In this document: piece after piece, positions 42,736-51,836 of the stretch
How positions within the stretch are numbered: position 1 is the stretch's first letter
Layout: each line of letters opens with the position of its first letter
NCBI GenBank assembly: GCA_965263355.1
Contig: CBDHHL010000032.1
Span: 2,848,001 to 2,912,000, forward strand
From: Leptolyngbyaceae cyanobacterium
GTDB lineage: Bacteria; Cyanobacteriota; Cyanobacteriia; Phormidesmidales; Phormidesmidaceae
DNA length: 64,000 nucleotides
Reading direction: 5' to 3'
Position numbers and translations under genes: made by a program
The notes under the pieces: generated by a model
The model's input: only the letters and a program-made list of their open reading frames with translations
What the model was told of the DNA's origin: nothing
Databases searched by the model: none

Positions 42736-45700
42736 ATGGTTAAGCAGGTATCTCATCTTAAATATTCATCTCAGCAGAGTGATTCTTCTGTTGTAGAGAC
42801 GTCAGGATCTGGTGATAAATCTGATCAGCTTGTAATCTCATCTACCTTTACGGCAGAGCCTATTCAGGAAACTTTGCAGTTTTGGCTGGCGCAGCTTGGG
42901 TTGCCATGGGTAGTTTCGTTTGCTGATTATAATCAAGTTTTTCAGCAACTTCTCAATCCGACGAGTCTGATGGCTCAAAATCAGGGGGGAGTGAATCTTG
43001 TTTTACTGCGTATTGAAGATTGGGGCCGATTTCAATCGTTGTCTGGTGATGATCGCTTAGACGATGACTCAGACGAGTGGAAACTATCCCTAGAACACAG
43101 TGCCCAGGACTTTATCGATGCGATGGGCACTGTCGCTCGTCAATCGTCTACGTCTTATTTAGTTGCGTTTTGTCCCAGTAAACCTGGAATATCAGCTGTC
43201 CATGATCAGTGGTATACACGCTTGGAGGGCACAATTGCAGAGGCCCTGGCCCCCTTGCAAAGTGTATATCTGATACGCTCGGCAGATATTTTCTCTCGCT
43301 ATCCTGTCCCTGACTACTATGACGAAAGTCGAGATCGCGTAGGTCATATTCCTTACACTGATCTTGCATTTGCGGCTTTAGGGACCGTGTTAGCACGTGA
43401 AATTTACGCGCTTAAGCGCCCGCCATATAAGGTAATTGCCCTTGATTGCGATCGCACTCTATGGAGCGGTATCTGTGGTGAGGATGGTCCGTTAGGGGTT
43501 GCAGTTGATGAGCCTTTCAAAGCATTACAGTCGTTTATGGTGCGTTGTAGTGAGTTAGGACTGTTGCTTTGTTTGTGTAGTAAAAATGTCGAAGAAGATG
43601 TTTGGCAAGTCTTTTCTCAGCGGGATGATATGGTGCTCAGCCGTGACCATATTGTAGCTTGGCGAATTAATTGGGAACCTAAATCGGAAAATTTGAGATC
43701 ACTGGCTGCAGAACTTAATCTGGGCCTGGATAGCTTTATCTTTGTTGACGATAACCCGGTTGAATGTTCTGAAGTGCAGGCACGTTGCCCAGAGGTATTA
43801 ACACTACAGCTGCCCAATGATCCTGATAAGATTCCGGCTTTTTTAGATCATATTTGGCCTTTCGATCTGCTCAAAGTCACGGATGCTGATAAACAACGCA
43901 CTCAGCTCTATCAGCAAAACCGGAAACGTAGCAAGTTTGAGCAGGAATCTATTGACTTCCAATCCTTTATCCAAGGATTGCAGATTGATATTCAGATTAT
44001 GCCACCGTTGCCATCGCAGATGGGGCGTGTGGCTCAGCTTACCCAGCGGACCAATCAGTTTAATGCCACTACCCGTCGTCGTACTGAGTCTGAGATTCAG
44101 CATTGGTGTGAGGCCCAAGGCTATGGCTGTCGGGCGGTCGTGGTTAAGGATCGCTTTGGCGATTATGGTTTAGTTGGGGTCATGTTGTTTCAGTTGCAGG
44201 ATGATACGTTAGAAGTAGATACCTTGTTGTTAAGCTGCCGGGTTTTAGGGCGTGGTGTGGAGTATCGGATGGTTGCTCACCTTGGTGAGATTGCAACCAA
44301 ACAAAATCTCTCATCTGTTGTTATTAAGTATATTCCTACACCTAAAAATAAGCCCATGGACAAATTTTTATCATCCATCGGCCATCCATATTGCCACCCT
44401 CAATCAAGTTATACCAGCTATAGTTTCCCCACCGAGTTTGCCAGTAATCTTACTTTTGAAGTTAGTGAACTTGAAAATCAGCAGCATGTTAATGCTGCTG
44501 GTACAGCATCTACTAAAAAGACAGCAACTTCTCTGACCACTTCCTCTGAGATAGGTATTAACAAGAAATCTGAAAGATGGAATCATATTGCTGTAGCCTT
44601 GACAACACCCGCTCAGATTGTAGAAGCTGTTAATCAAGCTTTTCAGCGCCAAAATACATATACCTCCTCTACTAATAATCCATGGGTGGCACCGCGGACT
44701 GAAATAGAAACGACCCTAGCGAATATATGGTGTAAGACGCTACGGCTAGATTGTGTCAGCGTGCAGGATGATTTCTTTGCCCTGGGTGGAAACTCGCTTC
44801 TGGCGGTCGATGTTTTTACCCGTATTGAAGATATCTTTCGAAGACGTTTACCGATTACGACTCTTTTGAACGCGCCTACGATTGAACAATTGGCGCAAAT
44901 TGTAGAGCAGGACGATAGTCAAGATGTTTGGAATCCTCTTGTACCTGTTAGGGAGAACGGAGAGCGTCCTCCCCTATTTGTTGTGCATGGAGGCTTTGGA
45001 GATGCCTTAAGTATTGCTCAGATTGCACCACATCTGAGTAGCAATCAACCCTTTTATGCCTTGAGAGGGGTAGGCTTAGATGGTAAGCAGCTACCCCTAG
45101 AGAATCTTGAAACAATGGCGTCCAAGTATCTAGAAGCCATTAAAGTAGTTTTCCCCCAGGGGCCTTATCGCTTAGCAGGTCAATGTTCTGGGGGGATTGT
45201 CGCCTTTGAAATGGCCCAACAACTGATAGCACAAGGTGAGCAGGTCGACTTTTTAGGGTTAATTGATACACCCTACCCTCAATTAGAAAATCATTTTAAT
45301 AATCGTTACCGCTATTACCACCATTTCCCTACCTATCGCTACGGGCAGTGGGATATAAATTACTATCTTTTTACTGCAATTGTCTATTTATTCCGTAAAT
45401 GGCCTCATATGTTTCGATATCATTACCGAGAGTTGGTTAAGCAAAGCTGGCAGGGACGCTTAGAATATGTAGTCAGTTATTTGCGTAAGCTAATAGAAAT
45501 TCTAAGTCGTCGGTTAGAGGTGCGTAAAAAACATATAGATGTAGCGCCTTCATCTTCTCATCATCATTCTTCTAAGAGAGATACTCAAACTAATCCTGTA
45601 GCGAGTGGATTAACAGCTTCTTCTGAAGATCTGCCACAAATATCCAGCTCATCCCAAGAAAATTTTCGTTGGGTGAAAGATCGTTTTTTTGAAGTCTTCT

Positions 45701-45987
45701 TGAGAGCTCAAAAGCGTTATATGCCCAAAGCCTATCCTGGCAAGATTCATTTCTTTTTAACAACCTTAGATACCTATGTTTCTAAGCACCATCCTTATAA
45801 TCCACGCTCTTTTGTCCTGAACAAAAATATAGTGGCGTCGGTCGCTCAGCTTCGATTTGGCTGGGATAAGTTAGTAGAGCCTGAGAATTTTAGAATCCAT
45901 CCTATGCAGATTGAACATGATCAAATGCTTGATTTACCCTATGTTCAGTTACTAGGCAAAGCTTTAGACGAGCACTTGCAGAAATAA
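42736..45987 (+). CDS. FkbH-like (HAD-IIIC) acyl-loading protein with carrier and thioesterase domains
   Basis: ALDCDRTLWSG, SKN, FVDDNPVEC, TQRTNQFN, DRFGDYGLVG, LLSCRVLGRGVE; carrier DFFALGGNSLL; TE FVVHG..GPYRLAGQCSGG..AFEMA..EH. Confidence 0.9.
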   Translation: MVKQVSHLKYSSQQSDSSVVETSGSGDKSDQLVISSTFTAEPIQETLQFWLAQLGLPWVVSFADYNQVFQQLLNPTSLMAQNQGGVNLVLLRIEDWGRFQSLSGDDRLDDDSDEWKLSLEHSAQDFIDAMGTVARQSSTSYLVAFCPSKPGISAVHDQWYTRLEGTIAEALAPLQSVYLIRSADIFSRYPVPDYYDESRDRVGHIPYTDLAFAALGTVLAREIYALKRPPYKVIALDCDRTLWSGICGEDGPLGVAVDEPFKALQSFMVRCSELGLLLCLCSKNVEEDVWQVFSQRDDMVLSRDHIVAWRINWEPKSENLRSLAAELNLGLDSFIFVDDNPVECSEVQARCPEVLTLQLPNDPDKIPAFLDHIWPFDLLKVTDADKQRTQLYQQNRKRSKFEQESIDFQSFIQGLQIDIQIMPPLPSQMGRVAQLTQRTNQFNATTRRRTESEIQHWCEAQGYGCRAVVVKDRFGDYGLVGVMLFQLQDDTLEVDTLLLSCRVLGRGVEYRMVAHLGEIATKQNLSSVVIKYIPTPKNKPMDKFLSSIGHPYCHPQSSYTSYSFPTEFASNLTFEVSELENQQHVNAAGTASTKKTATSLTTSSEIGINKKSERWNHIAVALTTPAQIVEAVNQAFQRQNTYTSSTNNPWVAPRTEIETTLANIWCKTLRLDCVSVQDDFFALGGNSLLAVDVFTRIEDIFRRRLPITTLLNAPTIEQLAQIVEQDDSQDVWNPLVPVRENGERPPLFVVHGGFGDALSIAQIAPHLSSNQPFYALRGVGLDGKQLPLENLETMASKYLEAIKVVFPQGPYRLAGQCSGGIVAFEMAQQLIAQGEQVDFLGLIDTPYPQLENHFNNRYRYYHHFPTYRYGQWDINYYLFTAIVYLFRKWPHMFRYHYRELVKQSWQGRLEYVVSYLRKLIEILSRRLEVRKKHIDVAPSSSHHHSSKRDTQTNPVASGLTASSEDLPQISSSSQENFRWVKDRFFEVFLRAQKRYMPKAYPGKIHFFLTTLDTYVSKHHPYNPRSFVLNKNIVASVAQLRFGWDKLVEPENFRIHPMQIEHDQMLDLPYVQLLGKALDEHLQK

Positions 45988-46321
45988 TATTGAGATAGTT
46001 TAACGTCAATTCGGAATAAACAAGAGCATAGAAAGGAGGGCCGTTAAGCTGAGGTGACTCATCACTAAGGGTTGCTTAAACAGGCTTACCCCGAACTCAG
46101 GTGAACTAGGAAACTAAACATTTACATATCCATGTTCAGTGAGGTATCCAAAGCTCTTGATAAATCTGATGTAGTAACTTGAGGATAGAGCAGCAGCAAG
46201 GCAGAAACTTTTCACTGCCCAATTTCGTCATCTTAATGTTAACAGGGTGAATCTCGATATCCTAGATAGGATGGTTTCTCATAAGCATATTCATAGCTTT
46301 ATTCGTATCTTGTTGAAGATA

Positions 46322-47257
46322 ATGAATGTTGATTTACCGCTGATTTCAGTTATTATTCCAGCCTATAACTGTCAAGGGACCATTGTTGAAACATTGGGTT
46401 CTGTTTTTCAACAAACATACTCAAATATGGAGGTTATTGTTGTAAATGATGGTTCTACTGACGGCACTTTAGAAATTCTGAAGAACTTTCAGGATTCTCG
46501 GCTACAAATTGTAACACAGCCTAATGCTGGCGTTTCTGTGAGCCGTAATCGTGGAATTAACCTTGCAAAGGGTGATTTTATTGCTTTTCTGGATGCTGAT
46601 GACCTCTGGTTGTCAAATAAATTAATCGAGCAGATAATGGCTTTGCAAACAGCACCTCACGCAGCTGTTGCCTATAGCTGGACAGATTATATTGATCAAG
46701 CTGGTAATTTTCTGCGAAATGGCTACTACTGTAACTTTCAGGGGAACGTTCATCGTCGATTATTACTTGGTTGCTTTCTTGAGAGTGGTTCCAATCCTTT
46801 AATTCGTCGTAGTCTATTAAAGACTGTTGGTGGCTTTGATGAGTCTTTGATCACCTGTGAAGACTGGGATCTATGGATTCGTCTAGCCCTAAAATATGAG
46901 TTTATTGTTGTTCCACAGGTACATGTACAATACAGGGTTGTAACCAACTCTAAATCCTTTCTCTTAGATAAACACGAAGCAGGTGGTTTAACCGTTATCA
47001 ATAAAGCATTTTTGCAAGCATCAGATTCTGTCGAGCCAATGAGGTCTAAAGCGTTATCTAACTTTTATAAGTATCTGCTCTTTAAACTATTAGATGCACC
47101 TAAGACCTCCGGTTCGAAGGAGATGCATGGGCCAAAAACTGCCCTTAGATACCTAAGCCTTTCCGTGTACCATAATCCTCAGTTATTACGACAGATGACA
47201 GTTATTCTTTCGGCACTTATCAAAATTCTAGCTATATCAGTGCAGCCATTCTATTGA
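46322..47257 (+). CDS. GT2 glycosyltransferase
   Basis: ISVIIPAYN, VNDGSTD, FLDADDLW, ESGSNPLIRR, EDWDLW. Confidence 0.92.
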   Translation: MNVDLPLISVIIPAYNCQGTIVETLGSVFQQTYSNMEVIVVNDGSTDGTLEILKNFQDSRLQIVTQPNAGVSVSRNRGINLAKGDFIAFLDADDLWLSNKLIEQIMALQTAPHAAVAYSWTDYIDQAGNFLRNGYYCNFQGNVHRRLLLGCFLESGSNPLIRRSLLKTVGGFDESLITCEDWDLWIRLALKYEFIVVPQVHVQYRVVTNSKSFLLDKHEAGGLTVINKAFLQASDSVEPMRSKALSNFYKYLLFKLLDAPKTSGSKEMHGPKTALRYLSLSVYHNPQLLRQMTVILSALIKILAISVQPFY

Positions 47258-47335
47258 TTGCGTAGTGTCCAAGTAGGTGTTGATTATAGACACTGCCGAC
47301 AGTAACTCTGAAAAACTGCACTATTAACAACGGCT

Positions 47336-48502
47336 ATGTCAATTAGTAAAAAAAGATTGAAAATTCTGTTGTATGGTAATTTTTTTGGGGCTTATCGCTC
47401 TCAAAATTTAGTGAAGTATTTATTGGACTCAGGTTATCGAGTGTCGATAATATCGCCTGAGTTTTTCTATGAAAGAGGTGAAAAAAAGGATATTTTTGCC
47501 AAAGTTCTGCGTTTGATTTTTTCAGGTTATTACCTGATTGAGCTTTGTATTAAAGCAGCTTTAGCAGATGTCATTTATTTATTGCCACTAAATAGTGAGC
47601 TGATTCGTCCAGTTGTGTGGACTAGCCGATTATTTAGAACTAAATTGGTGGTCGAGATGTATATCTCAGCCTACGATACATTAGTCCGTGAGAAACAGGA
47701 GGTGCCTGCAGGAAGTGCTGCAGCACAGTTACTGTATAGGAATGATCGACTTGCCCTCACTGAAGCTGACTATATCGTTCATCTGTCTCGCTATGAGTTG
47801 AGTTATTGGGAAAAGATCCTGGATGTCAAATTGTTAGATCAAAAGCTTTTGATTGCCCCTTTATTTTGTGAATCGAGGTTACAAATGTTTCGGCATGAGA
47901 GAATTCCTGCACAATGCTTACATATTTGCTGGTGGGGAACTTTGATCCCCAGTCACGGAATTTCCAATATTCTTGAAGCTCTTCATATATTACAGATTCG
48001 AGGCTTAGATTTTTCGTGTCAGTTGTTTGGTATTCCAGCTAAAGGCAAAGAGTATTTAGTTAAAACCTATAAAACTCAAATTGATCAGTTAGAACTAAGT
48101 GAAAAGGTCACCTTACGTCAAGATTTGAAGTTTACGGATAGCTCATTGCCTCAGTATCTTGTCGAAAATTGTGATCTTGCTTTAGGAATTTTTGGCGATA
48201 CTGAAAAAGCCCAGTCTACTGTTCCTAATAAATTGGTTGAAGCTTTAGTGCTTGGCATTCCTAGTTTAACAATGTCTACGCCTTCTCTTGACGAATTTTT
48301 TGACCCTGAAGTAGATTTATGGACCTGTGAATCTACCCCTGAGATCATTGCTAATACCATTAGTCAAATTTATGAGAAAACTATTTATCAGGTTGATTGG
48401 GCTAAAACAAGAGAAAAAGTGTGTCAAATATTCTCTGTTAACAAGTACCATCAAATGGTTGAACAGGTTTTAAATACTGTTGTTTATGATATTAATCACT
48501 AA
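47336..48502 (+). CDS. GT-B fold (GT4-like) glycosyltransferase, paralog of 36412..37602
   Basis: ICWWGTLIPSHG, CDLALGIFGDTEKAQSTVPNKLVEAL. Confidence 0.8.
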   Translation: MSISKKRLKILLYGNFFGAYRSQNLVKYLLDSGYRVSIISPEFFYERGEKKDIFAKVLRLIFSGYYLIELCIKAALADVIYLLPLNSELIRPVVWTSRLFRTKLVVEMYISAYDTLVREKQEVPAGSAAAQLLYRNDRLALTEADYIVHLSRYELSYWEKILDVKLLDQKLLIAPLFCESRLQMFRHERIPAQCLHICWWGTLIPSHGISNILEALHILQIRGLDFSCQLFGIPAKGKEYLVKTYKTQIDQLELSEKVTLRQDLKFTDSSLPQYLVENCDLALGIFGDTEKAQSTVPNKLVEALVLGIPSLTMSTPSLDEFFDPEVDLWTCESTPEIIANTISQIYEKTIYQVDWAKTREKVCQIFSVNKYHQMVEQVLNTVVYDINH

Positions 48503-48632
48503 TTTGACTGGGTCTTATCTAGATAACTTAGCCTACATGTTTTTTTGGGAACCTTCCTCAATTTTTGGAAAGCATTGCTTGCAAATATTTTTAGATGCTA
48601 AAGATCATTAAATAGCTCTTTATTGATAAAGT

Positions 48633-49571
48633 ATGAATTATCAAAAATCCTTGGAAAATAATGCGATTCAGTATTCAAAAATAACTTCTAAAAAATCATC
48701 TAGCTTTAATAGATTTGAAAATCTTCAAGATTATCAGTACTTAAAGAACTATCAGATTGTCGTCCTTCCAGATAGTGAAATTATAAATAACCTTTGCGTC
48801 ATCTACTGTTCTAGTCATGGTATCTATCCCGATAGGAAGTCTGCTTTCTATAAGCATGTTGTCGAGCAGGATAGATATGAATGGAAACGTAATATGATAA
48901 AAAATGCTAAAAAGTCTATTTTTATCAGAGATTTGAAGAAGCAATGGTATTTAGAAGGAATTAATTCATCCATTAACTCACTTAGTAAGTTATTAGACTT
49001 TTTGCAAGAAGAGATTGCTGATATGAATCTAATATGTATTGGTAATTCAGCTGGAGGATATTTAGCGACTCTCTTAGGTTGTGAATTGAAAGCTTCTCAT
49101 GTATTTACCTTTTCAGGTCAGTTTTCTCTGTATCCTTATCTAGAGAATCAGAAAAATCCAGTTTTGATGAAATATCAAGGAACACAGCTAGCTCAATCTT
49201 TTTATTCATTGGCGTCTAGATTGAAATCAAGTCAAGTTCCAATTTTTTATTTTTATCCTATCGGTAGTCAATCTGATCAAAAACAAGTTTTAACGCTGAA
49301 GAATATATCTAATATTTATAAAATCCCATTCAAAGTGAGTAAACATGGTAAAACTTGTTTACCTATTAATTTTTCAAACTTGTTTAGGATGAATGTATCA
49401 GAACTGAAAAGTTTAAGTGAAAAGTTTTCAGATGGCGTTCATCCCATATGCTTTTCAATTGAAATATCAGGGTATAGAAAAACATTTATGTTTTTGATTG
49501 AACGATATTTCAAACAATGTTGGCGCTATTGCAAATTAAATCTGAAAATTTTTCCAAGCATTAGAGCTTGA
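48633..49571 (+). CDS. Putative alpha/beta-hydrolase-fold protein
   Basis: IFIRD..KQWYLEG, GNSAGGY nucleophile elbow, FSGQ, late His; AT-rich. Confidence 0.6.
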   Translation: MNYQKSLENNAIQYSKITSKKSSSFNRFENLQDYQYLKNYQIVVLPDSEIINNLCVIYCSSHGIYPDRKSAFYKHVVEQDRYEWKRNMIKNAKKSIFIRDLKKQWYLEGINSSINSLSKLLDFLQEEIADMNLICIGNSAGGYLATLLGCELKASHVFTFSGQFSLYPYLENQKNPVLMKYQGTQLAQSFYSLASRLKSSQVPIFYFYPIGSQSDQKQVLTLKNISNIYKIPFKVSKHGKTCLPINFSNLFRMNVSELKSLSEKFSDGVHPICFSIEISGYRKTFMFLIERYFKQCWRYCKLNLKIFPSIRA

Positions 49572-49638
49572 TGCCTTACTAGATGGCTTGATTCAAGTTG
49601 TCTTTAATGTCTGGGTGTAATTGTTTGAGCGCATTGAG

Positions 49639-50523
49639 TTAATGAATTGACGCAGTTTTCATAGGTAGAATAGCTAAATTTCTTTCCTCTTCATTGAAAA
49701 CGGAGATTTGATCCTTATCTAACTTTTTTTGACGTGAAATTTTGCCTGATTTCAATACAACTGAATCATCTCCGTATCTAAGGATGCCCGTGGTTTTAGA
49801 GACTGTGTATTCCTCAGAAAATGTAGCTTGGGTTTGGAGAAATGATTTGAATTTATTTAAAGACTTATCTGTTTGGTGCAGTAAATCTTCATACTTTACG
49901 AATAAACAACGCTCCTGATCGTCGATTTGCTGTGCTCGTTTTTGTAGGAAGTCGAGACGTTCTTGATAATACTGAAACCAGGTATCGAAATTTTGATATT
50001 GCCTAAGTCCATAGCAATTCTTACCAAGTTTAGCAGCACTTTCGAATGAGGCAGCCGGATCCCTTAGTAAAAAAATAAATTTGACCCATTTATTTGTCAG
50101 AATAGTATTTGATAAGTCATGGTTTCTAACTATCTTATCCATGACATAACTGGCATTGTCAAAGTCAAAAGAATTTTGGATAACAGCAGTTCTGTATATC
50201 AGCTTTTCTAGATCTTGATAGCTTGAATACGTGCAATGGCTTTCACCAAAACCCTCAATTTCAGGATTACTGTTTAGTAAATGGACGAGTAAAGAAGATC
50301 CAGAGCGCATGGGAGAGAGTACAAGTAGGTAACGTAGTTGATGGTTGCGCTTACCTAATCGATATTGAAAATAAGGTTTTAATAGTTTGTAGGCGTAAAG
50401 CTCAAATAATGTCTTGCTGGCTTGCTGGGCAAGAACTGATCTGTAGCTATTCACAAAAAATAAGCGCACCCTTTCAGGGATGCGTATTCGTATATGGAAC
50501 CTACTATTTGCTTTGGCGCTCAT
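49639..50523 (-). CDS. Sulfotransferase family protein (possible frameshift near the C-terminus)
   Basis: LSPMRSGSSLLVHLLNSNPEI.GFGE, DKIV.NH, LLRDP..S, YEDL. Confidence 0.85.
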   Translation of the reverse strand: MSAKANSRFHIRIRIPERVRLFFVNSYRSVLAQQASKTLFELYAYKLLKPYFQYRLGKRNHQLRYLLVLSPMRSGSSLLVHLLNSNPEIEGFGESHCTYSSYQDLEKLIYRTAVIQNSFDFDNASYVMDKIVRNHDLSNTILTNKWVKFIFLLRDPAASFESAAKLGKNCYGLRQYQNFDTWFQYYQERLDFLQKRAQQIDDQERCLFVKYEDLLHQTDKSLNKFKSFLQTQATFSEEYTVSKTTGILRYGDDSVVLKSGKISRQKKLDKDQISVFNEEERNLAILPMKTASIH

Positions 50524-50814
50524 AGTATCTACCTATGTAATGTGCTATCCAGATGTGAGACCTTGGATTGTCGATTCTATGCTTATGTCTATCTTTTATG
50601 CGCTCACTCTGAGTAACTTGCTATTAATTTCTACTATTTCTAAAAGCTCTTAATATATTTATCAGCATGCTTTAAGTAAGCTTTATAAAATGGTGAGATT
50701 TGTTTGATGTTCTAATCCAGAAATTGTAGATTTTATTGTCATATTTCTATGAGATTTATGTTGCTCTGAATAAATTCGGCTTAAGCTATAAGTTTATTGT
50801 ATACATAGGGCTAA

Positions 50815-51726
50815 ATGATGCTGAAGGATTTTAAAGTAACCTTTATTCAGGAACTGCTCAAGCGTAACTTTTATCTTTCGAATCTCTATGAGAATAGAAA
50901 AGTCGCAAGGAGTGATGCGAAGACAAATAAAATCCTGGTCTACCAGATGGGAAAGGTAGCTTCAACTAGTCTGTATAAAACACTTAAAAAACTACAACTA
51001 GATGCTTCTATCTACCATTTACATGTTCTGCAACCGTCATCTATCGATAGAGTGATGCAATCCTATAAGCGTAGATTCTTACATACTCCTAGGATTGATG
51101 AACATATTATTCATAGTCAATATCTTAGAAGGGCTTTGAATAAAGGTTTTGAAACGTTAAACCCAAAGTGGAAAATAATAACTTTGGTTCGAGACCCAAT
51201 TGCTCGCAATATTTCAGAGTTTTTTCAAAGATTACCTCATGAATCTGGATTTGTGAGTATAGAGGATGAAAAGAATATTGACTTGAGTGTACAAAGCCTA
51301 ATTCAAAATTATTTTCAAATCTATAACAATAAACCCCATCCATTTAATTGGTTAGATTTAGAGTTAAGAGCAGTTTTTGACATTGATATTCCATTGTGTG
51401 ATTTTCCTAAAGCTAACGGATTTAAGATTTATACGTACGATCACGTTGATGTACTACTTATAAAACTTGAGAAACTTAATGAGTGTGTCAATGAAGCACT
51501 GGTTGAGTTTTTGAATCTTAAAAGAGATAAAGAAATAAATCTTGTTAAGGCTAATGAGTCAAGTCAGAAAAAGCAAGGAGAACTCTACACAAGATTTAAG
51601 AAGTTGATTGAGTTTTCTCCTGAGTATCTAGATAAAATGTATAAACAAAAACAACTTGAAGAAATTTACAGTGAAGTTGAAATTGAGCATTTCTATCGTC
51701 GATGGCGAGTTATGAAAAGTATTTGA
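50815..51726 (+). CDS. Putative capsular polysaccharide synthesis protein (sulfotransferase-like fold)
   Basis: LVYQMGKVASTS, ITLVRDPIARNISEFFQ, WLD.EL..VF.ID, IKLEKL. Confidence 0.75.
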   Translation: MMLKDFKVTFIQELLKRNFYLSNLYENRKVARSDAKTNKILVYQMGKVASTSLYKTLKKLQLDASIYHLHVLQPSSIDRVMQSYKRRFLHTPRIDEHIIHSQYLRRALNKGFETLNPKWKIITLVRDPIARNISEFFQRLPHESGFVSIEDEKNIDLSVQSLIQNYFQIYNNKPHPFNWLDLELRAVFDIDIPLCDFPKANGFKIYTYDHVDVLLIKLEKLNECVNEALVEFLNLKRDKEINLVKANESSQKKQGELYTRFKKLIEFSPEYLDKMYKQKQLEEIYSEVEIEHFYRRWRVMKSI

Positions 51727-51836
51727 GTACTTTCCTTTAGAGGGATGTCTTAACGGGAAACTGTGATAATTGCTAAATAAGCGGTATTAATTTAGTTAGA
51801 CATCAAAATCGGCAAGGTGCTGCGCTGCAGGTTACT

